Of a stretch of DNA of 64,000 nt, positions 50,098-57,675 are shown one piece after another. The stretch is from an uncultured Subdoligranulum sp. GTDB taxonomy: Bacteria > Bacillota > Clostridia > Christensenellales > CAG-314. The position numbers were made by a program, and so were the translations under genes. Where the stretch lies: assembly GCA_964612455.1 (NCBI GenBank), contig CAZTCB010000001.1:43919-107918 (forward strand), read 5' to 3'. Within the stretch, counting starts at the first letter, position 1; each line of letters opens with the position of its first letter. The notes below the pieces were generated by a model. It was not told where the DNA came from. It saw only the letters and a list, made by a program, of their open reading frames with translations, and searched no databases.

Positions 50098-50203
50098 TGT
50101 TACTTTTAGATTTACACTATTAGTTCAAATAAGTTAGTAACATACCGCCGATTTATTCGGTTGCACCGCGTGGTGCTTCTTTACCGCCTTGTGCGGTTTT
50201 TTT
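50098..50203 (+). ncRNA. tracrRNA: tracrRNA
   Basis: The anti-repeat GTTACTTTTAGATTTACACTATTAGTTCAAAT is complementary to the minus-strand repeat. It is followed by AAGTTAGTAAC, then hairpins CCGATTTATTCGG and GCACCGCGTGGTGC, and the terminator CCGCCTTGTGCGG plus T7. The 5' end is inferred from the promoter. Confidence 0.85.
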
Positions 50204-50270
50204 ATTCAATCCCGCTATCAATACCTAAAATAATCTAATTTCATTTTTTGTTTCCTAACGCAGGATATGT

Positions 50271-50299
50271 TTTATAAACATTCATTGTATAACGTCCAA
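50271..50299 (-). promoter_or_regulatory. candidate cas9 operon promoter located beyond the tracrRNA gene
   Basis: Minus strand TTGGAC (50299..50294), 17 nt, TATAAA (50276..50271). It would give a ~200-nt 5' UTR antisense to the whole tracrRNA. No comparably good minus-strand promoter is visible between 50061 and 50203. Confidence 0.4.
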
Positions 50300-50377
50300 T
50301 TATTAGCTATCCGTTGGTCATTATATCACAAAATCATGTATTTTGCAATATATTCGCCATTACTACCTTGCATTTTT

Positions 50378-50415
50378 GGAAAAGAAAAAAGGTCTGATAC
50401 TTTTTGTATCAAACC
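50378..50415 (-). terminator. terminator of the tRNA operon
   Basis: Minus strand GGTTTGATAC-aaaaa-GTATCAGACC followed by TTTTTTCTTTT. Confidence 0.75.
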
Positions 50416-50427
50416 TATGCTTTCTTA

Positions 50428-50512
<85 letters not shown>

Positions 50513-50521
50513 ATAATATAA

Positions 50522-50597
50522 TGGAGCTGGTGAACGGAATCGAACCATCAACCTATTGATTACAAATCAATTGCTCTGCCAGTTGAGCTACACCAGC
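50522..50597 (-). tRNA. trnT: tRNA-Thr (TGT)
   Basis: 76 nt. Acceptor GCTGGTG/CACCAGC, anticodon stem ATTGA/TCAAT and loop UUUGUAA. Confidence 0.88.
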
Positions 50598-50619
50598 AAA
50601 TCTCACCAATATAAAAAAT

Positions 50620-50695
50620 TGGTGCCTCGGGGCGGAGTTGAACCACCGACACGGGGATTTTCAGTCCCCTGCTCTACCAGCTGAGCTACCGAGGC
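50620..50695 (-). tRNA. trnF: tRNA-Phe (GAA)
   Basis: 76 nt. Acceptor GCCTCGG/CCGAGGC, anticodon stem GGGGA/TCCCC and loop CUGAAAA. Confidence 0.9.
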
Positions 50696-50699
50696 ATTT

Positions 50700-50776
50700 T
50701 GGCGACCTGGAAGGGACTCGAACCCTCGACCTCTAGCGTGACAGGCTAGCGTTCTAACCATCTGAACTACCAGGCC
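50700..50776 (-). tRNA. trnD: tRNA-Asp (GTC)
   Basis: 77 nt. Acceptor GGCCTGG/CCAGGTC, anticodon stem CTAGC/GCTAG and loop CUGUCAC. Confidence 0.88.
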
Positions 50777-50807
50777 AAATATAGATTGATGCGCTCGGTT
50801 GCGTTAT

Positions 50808-50884
50808 TGGTGGGCCTTCAGGGACTCGAACCCCGGACCAATCGGTTATGAGCCGACCGCTCTGACCAACTGAGCTAAAGGCCC
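50808..50884 (-). tRNA. tRNA with CAT anticodon (elongator Met or lysidine-modified Ile2; not an initiator)
   Basis: 77 nt. Acceptor GGGCCTT/AAGGCCC and anticodon loop CUCAUAA. It lacks the GGG/CCC anticodon stem of initiator tRNA. The GGGCC start resembles Ile tRNAs. Confidence 0.85.
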
Positions 50885-50891
50885 TCATTTG

Positions 50892-50968
50892 TGGTCGGGG
50901 TGAAGAGACTCGAACTCCCGACCCCATGGTCCCAAACCACGTGCGCTACCAAACTGCGCTACACCCCG
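50892..50968 (-). tRNA. trnP: tRNA-Pro (TGG)
   Basis: 77 nt. Acceptor CGGGGTG/CACCCCG and anticodon loop UUUGGGA. Confidence 0.88.
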
Positions 50969-51005
50969 ATATTGGGCAACCGACTGTTTTGCTAACAGCT
51001 TGATT

Positions 51006-51034
51006 ATAATACACCACTTATTTTAATTTGTCAA
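51006..51034 (-). promoter_or_regulatory. promoter of the six-tRNA operon
   Basis: Minus strand TTGACA (51034..51029), 17 nt, TATTAT (51011..51006), about 35 nt upstream of tRNA-Pro. Confidence 0.5.
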
Positions 51035-51092
51035 TGAATTTTAAGCAAAAAAATTATTTTTTTTTGCCTTTTTTTTAATGATGTAAAACACT

Positions 51093-51133
51093 AAAAACGG
51101 GAGCTTTTTTCATGCACTAAAAGCCCCCGTTTA
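51093..51133 (-). terminator. terminator after ispH-S1
   Basis: Minus strand AAACGGGGGCTTTT...AAAAAGCTCCCGTTT stem followed by TTTTT. Confidence 0.6.
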
Positions 51134-51159
51134 CTCTCAAAAACTAAAAATACTTACGG

Positions 51160-53271
51160 TTAATCCGTTGTAGTTTCATCTTGCTTCTTTTCTTCGACGT
51201 CAGGAGTTTCCGTCACCGTTGTTTCGTTTTCTGAAGATTTTTGTTCGGAAACTTCCGGTTGTTCAAGCAAAGCTTTGCGAGACAGCGTAATGCGTTTATT
51301 TTCAACGTCACACTCAATTACCTGCAACTCAAGCTCATCACCTATCTTAACCGCTTTGTTTATGTCTTGCAACCATTCCCAACTAATATTAGAAATATGC
51401 AACAAACCGTCAATGCCGTCACCGAGTTCTACAAACGCACCATAAGGCAAAATCCTCGCCACTTTACCGGTAACAACCGTACCGGGAGCATACTTCTCTG
51501 CGGCAAGCTGCCAAGGATGAGGCTGCAATTGCTTATATCCTATAGAAATACGATTGGTCTCCCTGTCGAGCTTTAGTACTACAAATTCATACGTCTTTCC
51601 GATTTCCAAAACTTCTGCGGGATTTGTTACGGAAGTCCAAGCAAGATCACTAAGATGAGCAAGACAATCCATTCCTCTTACGTTGACAAACGCGCCGAAA
51701 GATGCAAATCTGAGTACTTTTCCTTCGACAATCTCACCAACCTCAATGTTATTCCAGAAATTATCTTCTCTCTCTTTTTTCTCTTGTTCAAGAATTACTT
51801 TGTGACTTGCGACAATCTTTCTCTTGGTTTCGTCTATGCCGTCAGGCAAAGCCACCAAAGACATCTTTTTGCCGACAAATTGTTTCAAATCATTCGCAAA
51901 ACCTACCTTCACATGGCTTGCAGGTACAAAAACGGTAAAACTACCGAGTTTTGCCAACAATCCGCCCTTTACGTCACTCTTAATCGTCACCTCAAAACGA
52001 TTACCAGCCTTGATACCTTCTACCTGTTCATCATCTTTGTAAAGCTCGTCTATCTGCTTTTTCGAAAGAGTAACCCCTTTATCGGTCGAAAGAACAATAC
52101 ATTCGACTTTATCGCCGATTTTCAAGGACGCCTTGACGGCATCTACGTCTTCCTCCAGGCTGATTTGGTCATTTGGTATAACCGCCTCTTTTTTAGTGCC
52201 AAGGGAAACAAACACACCCTCAGGGGCTATTTGTACTATTTCTCCCTTGACCTTTTGGCCCTTTTTAAATTGACGCGGACCTTTGTCAAGCTTTTCTACC
52301 GCACGGGTAAACAACTCTTGTTCCGTCTCCGAACGTGCCAATACGGTTTCTTTTGCCGGCTCGTCTTGTACGGGCTGTTGATCAATCATTTGTTCCACCT
52401 GTTGATCTTGTTGTTCCAATACCTTTGCGTTGTCTTTTGCGTCTTGAATCATCTTAGATAAAACCTCCTCTGTCAACTCTATAGGGGTTGACGCTCCTGC
52501 TATAAGACCGATACTTTCGTACTCGGATACATTCGGCAATTCATCAGCCGACTCTATCCAAATCGTGTTGGCGTTGTTTGCCTTTGCAATGGCAAATAAT
52601 TTTGCTGTGTTGCTACTATGCTTGCCACCGACCACCACACAAAAGTCACTATGAACCGAAGAATATTCGGCAAATCGTTGTCGGTATATTGTAGTATAGC
52701 AAATTGTGTTAAAAAACTCAAGTATTTTTGCATCAATTGCTACAACATTTTTTAAAGTTTTTTCTACTTTTTCGTTATCAAAAGTAGTCTGAAATAAAAC
52801 GAGTACGTTTTTATTTGTTTTCAGCACTATTTTTTCGTCTCCGCTAAAAACAATTGCCGAATTTTGACACCATCCGTTTATACCGATAATCTCCGGATGC
52901 GATCTATTGCCGACTAAAACTATTTGATAGCCTTTTAAAAAATAGTCCCGTGCCTTTGTCTGGATATTTTTGACAAACGGACATGTTGCGTCTACAATAT
53001 TAATTTCGTTACGTTTACAATAATCGAAAACATCGGGCGGCGCGCCATGGCTACGAATAATGAGAGTATCTCCCTTCTTTAACGTACTCGGATCGTCGAC
53101 TACCCTCAAACCAAGCTTACGCAAGTTTTCGACGACCGTTTCGTTGTGCACTATTTCACCATAACTGTATACCGTCCCTTCGGGGCGCAATTTCAGGGTT
53201 TTTATTGCGGCGTTTACTGCGTTTGTCACTCCGTTGCAAAAACCGCGATATTTGGAAACGATAATATTCAT
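51160..53271 (-). CDS. ispH: bifunctional 4-hydroxy-3-methylbut-2-enyl diphosphate reductase (IspH) / ribosomal protein S1-like
   Basis: The N-terminal ~280 aa are IspH (GFCNGVTNAV, three Cys ligand regions). The C-terminal part has four S1 OB-fold repeats. This fusion is the usual arrangement in Clostridia. Confidence 0.9.
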   Translation of the reverse strand: MNIIVSKYRGFCNGVTNAVNAAIKTLKLRPEGTVYSYGEIVHNETVVENLRKLGLRVVDDPSTLKKGDTLIIRSHGAPPDVFDYCKRNEINIVDATCPFVKNIQTKARDYFLKGYQIVLVGNRSHPEIIGINGWCQNSAIVFSGDEKIVLKTNKNVLVLFQTTFDNEKVEKTLKNVVAIDAKILEFFNTICYTTIYRQRFAEYSSVHSDFCVVVGGKHSSNTAKLFAIAKANNANTIWIESADELPNVSEYESIGLIAGASTPIELTEEVLSKMIQDAKDNAKVLEQQDQQVEQMIDQQPVQDEPAKETVLARSETEQELFTRAVEKLDKGPRQFKKGQKVKGEIVQIAPEGVFVSLGTKKEAVIPNDQISLEEDVDAVKASLKIGDKVECIVLSTDKGVTLSKKQIDELYKDDEQVEGIKAGNRFEVTIKSDVKGGLLAKLGSFTVFVPASHVKVGFANDLKQFVGKKMSLVALPDGIDETKRKIVASHKVILEQEKKEREDNFWNNIEVGEIVEGKVLRFASFGAFVNVRGMDCLAHLSDLAWTSVTNPAEVLEIGKTYEFVVLKLDRETNRISIGYKQLQPHPWQLAAEKYAPGTVVTGKVARILPYGAFVELGDGIDGLLHISNISWEWLQDINKAVKIGDELELQVIECDVENKRITLSRKALLEQPEVSEQKSSENETTVTETPDVEEKKQDETTTD

Positions 53272-53288
53272 ATCGCAATTACCTTTTA

Positions 53289-53924
53289 TTATTTATTCTT
53301 TTTCTTGTCGGCAAGATAACATTCGCATTGCATTTTTAAATCTAAAAATTTTTCAAGTAGTTGTAAATTTGCTTTTTCTAACAGCTCTTTTGTTTGCTGT
53401 TGTTCATAAAATGCGGATAACTCAAAAGACTCTCCCACAAATAGTAATGTCCGACCTTTTATTTTTCCTTTTTTATTACGCGGATGATAAATATATATCG
53501 GCCTTATCGGCGTTTTTGTCTTTATTGCCAAAGAAACGGCGCCGACTTTAAACGGCAAAAAATCACCGTAATAATTTTTATTTCGCGTCGCCTCCGGAGA
53601 AATTAGCAAACTGTTACCGGTCTTCAAGCCGACCAAAGCTCTTTTTACGGCATAAATATCTTTTTCTTCCCTATTGACCGGTATACCGCCAATGCTGTCC
53701 ATTATCATGCGTATAAACTTGTTTTGTCGCAATTCCGCTTTATACATAGGCAACGGCTCTGCCTTAAACGCTTCGACAAACGCCACCGCATCCCAGTTGG
53801 AGGTATGGTTAAAACAAAATATTGACTGTTCTTTTTCAATATGCTTTTCACCGACGACTTTTATCGGTCGTATTATTCTTACCAACCAACCCGCAACTGC
53901 ACGATAAAAAGCCAATTTACCCAT
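53289..53924 (-). CDS. plsC: 1-acyl-sn-glycerol-3-phosphate acyltransferase
   Basis: HxxxxD motif FNHTSNWD and a PEATR-type motif ISPEATR. Confidence 0.85.
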   Translation of the reverse strand: MGKLAFYRAVAGWLVRIIRPIKVVGEKHIEKEQSIFCFNHTSNWDAVAFVEAFKAEPLPMYKAELRQNKFIRMIMDSIGGIPVNREEKDIYAVKRALVGLKTGNSLLISPEATRNKNYYGDFLPFKVGAVSLAIKTKTPIRPIYIYHPRNKKGKIKGRTLLFVGESFELSAFYEQQQTKELLEKANLQLLEKFLDLKMQCECYLADKKKNK

Positions 53925-54593
53925 TTAAAAAACCTCTTTTTCGGTTAAAATTTCGTCTATTCTTGATATAACTTGCTCTATCGAAAGGTCTGAAGAGTCA
54001 ACGAGAATAGCATCGTCCGCTTTCTTTAACGGAGCAAAAGCCCTTGTGCTATCATTTTTATCTCTTTCGTTGATATCTGCTAAAACTTTGTCAAACGTAA
54101 TCGGCTGACCTTTCGCTGCCAACTCATTAAATCGCCTCATCGCCCTTACCTCGGGCGACGCTGTCAAATATATTTTTACGGTCGCATTGGGCAACACGTA
54201 AGTTCCTATATCCCTTCCGTCGAGCACGCAATCGTTTTTTGACGCTATCTTGCGCTGAATATCGACAAGTTTCAAACGGCATGCCGGTATTGCCGACACG
54301 TCGCTAGCCAACTTACTTACATAGTGCTCACGAATATCCTTACTTACGTCTTTTCCGTCAAGAAAAACTTTTTGTTCACCTTCAACGTACTTTACGTCCA
54401 AATCCAAATCGTTAAGAATACTTGCAAGCTGCTTGTTGTCATACATATCGATTTTAGTCAGATAAACTTTTAATCCGACCGCCCTGTACATCGCGCCGGT
54501 ATCGAGATAAGTAATTCTTTTTTTTAAAGCTATATTCTTTGCTATCGTACTTTTGCCGGCACCGCTCGGACCGTCTATCGCAATATTAACCAT
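53925..54593 (-). CDS. cmk: cytidylate kinase
   Basis: IAIDGPSGAGKST P-loop and YLDTGAMYRA. Confidence 0.95.
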   Translation of the reverse strand: MVNIAIDGPSGAGKSTIAKNIALKKRITYLDTGAMYRAVGLKVYLTKIDMYDNKQLASILNDLDLDVKYVEGEQKVFLDGKDVSKDIREHYVSKLASDVSAIPACRLKLVDIQRKIASKNDCVLDGRDIGTYVLPNATVKIYLTASPEVRAMRRFNELAAKGQPITFDKVLADINERDKNDSTRAFAPLKKADDAILVDSSDLSIEQVISRIDEILTEKEVF

Positions 54594-54942
54594 GTCTCAT
54601 ATCCTCCCTTAACTTTACGGCGTCATTCAGGTAAATTGGCATCGGAACAATATTTTGATTAGTGAACAACGAAATTCTGATACATTTTTTTAAAGCGCCT
54701 TTATATTCATGATGCGCATGGCACATCAAAGGAATATTCTTTATCGCATCATTTGCATGCCGTAATATAGTGGCAGGATTGGCTTGATTTAAATCTTTTG
54801 TGCAAATAAAATCTATATAGAATATTTGTTCGTAATCGAGATTATTGTTTGCAATTATTTTATCAAACAATTCTATAGTGGCATATTTTATATCTGCGAC
54901 TTTATTGTGTTTTACTGTCGTCGCTCCCCTTATTACTCTCAC
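54586..54942 (-). CDS. aroH: chorismate mutase, AroH type
   Basis: 118 aa. MRVIRGATTV start and KKCIRISLF block as in B. subtilis AroH (IRGIRGATTV...KKCIRVMM). Confidence 0.75.
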   Translation of the reverse strand: MRVIRGATTVKHNKVADIKYATIELFDKIIANNNLDYEQIFYIDFICTKDLNQANPATILRHANDAIKNIPLMCHAHHEYKGALKKCIRISLFTNQNIVPMPIYLNDAVKLREDMRHG

Positions 54943-54943
54943 A

Positions 54944-56161
54944 TCACTCCTTTGCAGCCGCTATTCCCGCGGCGGCCCCCGTAGACAACGCAATCTGAAT
55001 ATTAAAACCGCCGGTCAATGCATCCACGTCCAACACTTCGCCGCAAAAATACAGTCCTGACACGTTTTTTGTTTGCATCGTCTTTGGCTCTATCGACTTA
55101 ACGTCAACACCGCCCCGCGTGACGATAGCGCTATCCGGTTCGTCTACGTCGATTATGTCGAAACAAAGCCCTTTGATTTGTTTCAGCAGATGTTTGCGTT
55201 CCAAAACAGTAATCGAATTAACTTGTTTCATCGGTTCTATATCGCATAAACTTACGACATACCGCGCTAACGACTCCGGCAATAACATACCGAGAGAATT
55301 TTTAAATTCTTTGTTCTTTTGCAAGGAAAAATCCCTCAATAATCTCTTATCCAAAACGTCTTCGGACAAGGCAGGCTTTAAATCGATTTCTATTTTATAC
55401 TTTTCCCCTTTCTCGTATTTAGCAGATAAGGAAAGCACCGTAGGTCCGGATAATCCGTTGTGAGCAAAAAGCATCTCGCCGAATTCTTCAGCAATCATCT
55501 TTTCATTGCAAAACAATCTCAAATTAACGTTTTTTAACGATAATCCCGCCAAATCATGCTTTTGCTTAGTGACAAGCCCGACCAACGACGGCTTGGGAGT
55601 AATGACATTTAATCCCATATTTTTTGCAAAAACATATCCGTCACCGGTACTGCCCGTCAACCTGTAGTAGTTGCCGCCGGTTGCCACAATCAATCTGTCG
55701 CAACGATACTCACCGATATTTGTATCTACCACAAAACCGTCGGTTACTTGTTTTATATTATTTGCGTTTACTTTCAGAAAAATTTTTACTCCGAGATTAT
55801 TTAAAACCTTCTCAAGGCATTTGGTTATATCGGACGATTTGTCAGACCGAGGAAAAACCCTACCGCCCCTTTCCGTTTTTAGTGGACAGCCAAAAAGAGT
55901 AAAAAAATCCATCGTATCATTACAATCAAAACCCGAGTAACTTGCGTACAAAAACTTTGCGTTGGTCACTACCGAGCTAAAAAACGTCTCGCTATCGCAA
56001 GCATTTGTTACGTTACAACGCCCTTTGCCGGTGATGAAGAGTTTTTTACCGAGTTTTTCGTTCTTCTCTATCAATATAACATCGGCGCCGGGATTTGTTT
56101 GCTTAGCTTTAACGGCGGCCATCATTCCCGACGGACCGCCGCCAATAATCAATATTGTCAT
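54944..56161 (-). CDS. HI0933/YhiN-like FAD-dependent oxidoreductase
   Basis: N-terminal IIGGGPSGMMAA dinucleotide motif. The C-terminal GLYFCGEVLDVDALTGGFNIQIA is typical of the family. Confidence 0.8.
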   Translation of the reverse strand: MTILIIGGGPSGMMAAVKAKQTNPGADVILIEKNEKLGKKLFITGKGRCNVTNACDSETFFSSVVTNAKFLYASYSGFDCNDTMDFFTLFGCPLKTERGGRVFPRSDKSSDITKCLEKVLNNLGVKIFLKVNANNIKQVTDGFVVDTNIGEYRCDRLIVATGGNYYRLTGSTGDGYVFAKNMGLNVITPKPSLVGLVTKQKHDLAGLSLKNVNLRLFCNEKMIAEEFGEMLFAHNGLSGPTVLSLSAKYEKGEKYKIEIDLKPALSEDVLDKRLLRDFSLQKNKEFKNSLGMLLPESLARYVVSLCDIEPMKQVNSITVLERKHLLKQIKGLCFDIIDVDEPDSAIVTRGGVDVKSIEPKTMQTKNVSGLYFCGEVLDVDALTGGFNIQIALSTGAAAGIAAAKE

Positions 56162-56922
56162 TCAAGTTTTTCCTTCAGTTCTTTTAAAAATTCCCTATCG
56201 CATATATCGAGCTTTAACGGCGTAACGGTGATATACCCCTGCCCTATGTAATACGCATCCGTTTCTTCCGGTTCGGAAAAAGCAACGAAATCGCCCGTTA
56301 ACATATACTCGCCGCATTTGTCCGAATCGATACCCTTCAACGTTTCGTATATGTCCTCAAACATCTTTTTGCCATACTGAACAACCTTGATACCTTTTAT
56401 TGCGTTACTCGATACGCATGGTACGTTTACGTTAAAAAAAGTCCCATTGTGACTCAGTTTGTAAAATTTCTCGACGTTAGCCGCCATAAAATCGCATGTC
56501 GCGTTGAAATCTAATAAATTTTGATCGACATGTTCGCAAGCATAGGATAACGCAACGGCAGGTAACCCCATTATCACGCCCTCACTCGCAGCCCCAACCG
56601 TACCGGAATAGTAAACGTCAACCGTAAGATTCGGTCCCACGTTAGGTCCAGCAACAACCATATCGATAGGTAACTTTAAGCATCGGACGGCAAATCTGAC
56701 GCAATCCGCAGGCGAACCCGTCAAAGAATAAGATTTTACCGCGCCTTCCATCGGATGCGCTTTAAGCTGCATCGGACGCCTAAAAGTCATACTGTGGCTA
56801 AAACCCGACTTTTGACCGTCAGGTGCCACGACGTAAACCTCGTTGTCTTTTGCCAAGTATTTTACAAGTTGCTGCATTCCCAAACTCTGAATGCCGTCGT
56901 CGTTAGTAACTAAAATTCTCAT
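56158..56922 (-). CDS. surE: 5'/3'-nucleotidase SurE
   Basis: MRILVTNDDGI start and SGTVGAA motif. Confidence 0.92.
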   Translation of the reverse strand: MRILVTNDDGIQSLGMQQLVKYLAKDNEVYVVAPDGQKSGFSHSMTFRRPMQLKAHPMEGAVKSYSLTGSPADCVRFAVRCLKLPIDMVVAGPNVGPNLTVDVYYSGTVGAASEGVIMGLPAVALSYACEHVDQNLLDFNATCDFMAANVEKFYKLSHNGTFFNVNVPCVSSNAIKGIKVVQYGKKMFEDIYETLKGIDSDKCGEYMLTGDFVAFSEPEETDAYYIGQGYITVTPLKLDICDREFLKELKEKLE

Positions 56923-56931
56923 GATTATCCC

Positions 56932-57651
56932 TTATATCGACAAAAGGTAGTCGATTTCCTTATCGTTTAAAAACCTATATTTACCGCGCGATAATCCGCC
57001 CAAGCGAATATCGCCTTCAGCCGTACGCTTTAAAAATACCACTATCTTACCGACGCTTTCAAGCATTTTACGCACCTGACGATTTCGTCCCTCTGTGATA
57101 ATAATCTCTACTTTTGTAAATTTCTCATCAGATTCTATCACCTGAGCCTTTGCCTTGGATGTCTTCTTTCCGTCGATAATAACGCCGTTTCGTAATTTTT
57201 CTAACTCCGACTCGGAAATTTCTCCCTCAATTTTTGCGACGTATGTCTTTGGAATTTCGCTTTTCGGATGAGTCAGTTTTTGAGCCACGTCCCCGTTAGT
57301 TGTCAATAACAACAATCCCTCGGTATCGTAGTCAAGCCTGCCTACCGTAAAAAGACGCGCTTTCACATCAATTAACTCCATAACCGTTTTACGACCGAGT
57401 TCATCCTTTGCCGTGCAGACGTAACCCTTTGGCTTGTGCAACATTACGTAGTAATCGCGACTCTTATATTTAACACGTCTCCCGTCAACAGTAACAGTAT
57501 CGTTGTACATATCCACATCATACCCGAGCTCCGTCACGAGTTTACCGTTGACTTTCACTTTACCTTCGGACACGAGCTTGTCGGCGCCTCTCCTGCCTGC
57601 TACGCCGCAACCCGCCAAAAACTTGTTTATTCTCATAAAATTACCTTGCAA
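56932..57651 (-). CDS. rluB: pseudouridine synthase (RsuA/RluB family)
   Basis: S4 domain (MRINKFLAGCGVAGRR) and catalytic motif GRLDYDTEGLLLLTTNG. The likely start is the MRINKF methionine at 57636. Confidence 0.88.
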   Translation of the reverse strand: MQGNFMRINKFLAGCGVAGRRGADKLVSEGKVKVNGKLVTELGYDVDMYNDTVTVDGRRVKYKSRDYYVMLHKPKGYVCTAKDELGRKTVMELIDVKARLFTVGRLDYDTEGLLLLTTNGDVAQKLTHPKSEIPKTYVAKIEGEISESELEKLRNGVIIDGKKTSKAKAQVIESDEKFTKVEIIITEGRNRQVRKMLESVGKIVVFLKRTAEGDIRLGGLSRGKYRFLNDKEIDYLLSI

Positions 57652-57675
57652 TAAAAAAAGATAGTGATAATATCA

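Noticed and set aside
51655-52461. A 268-aa plus-strand ORF antisense to ispH-S1. Similar long antisense ORFs occur elsewhere: 9425..9925, 19150..19641 and 28405..28899, plus seven ORFs of 63-129 aa (46419..49922) antisense to cas9.
   Set aside because: Each lies fully inside a well-supported conserved gene on the other strand. Their compositions are biased (F/L/Y/S-rich), they lack RBSs and they have no recognisable motifs. Such ORFs are typical antisense artefacts of these coding sequences.
51160-53271. The IspH-S1 fusion looked like a possible mis-assembly or novel fusion.
   Set aside because: A single ORF encoding IspH plus four S1 domains is the standard, widely annotated arrangement in Clostridia. 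The frame is continuous with a plausible acidic linker.
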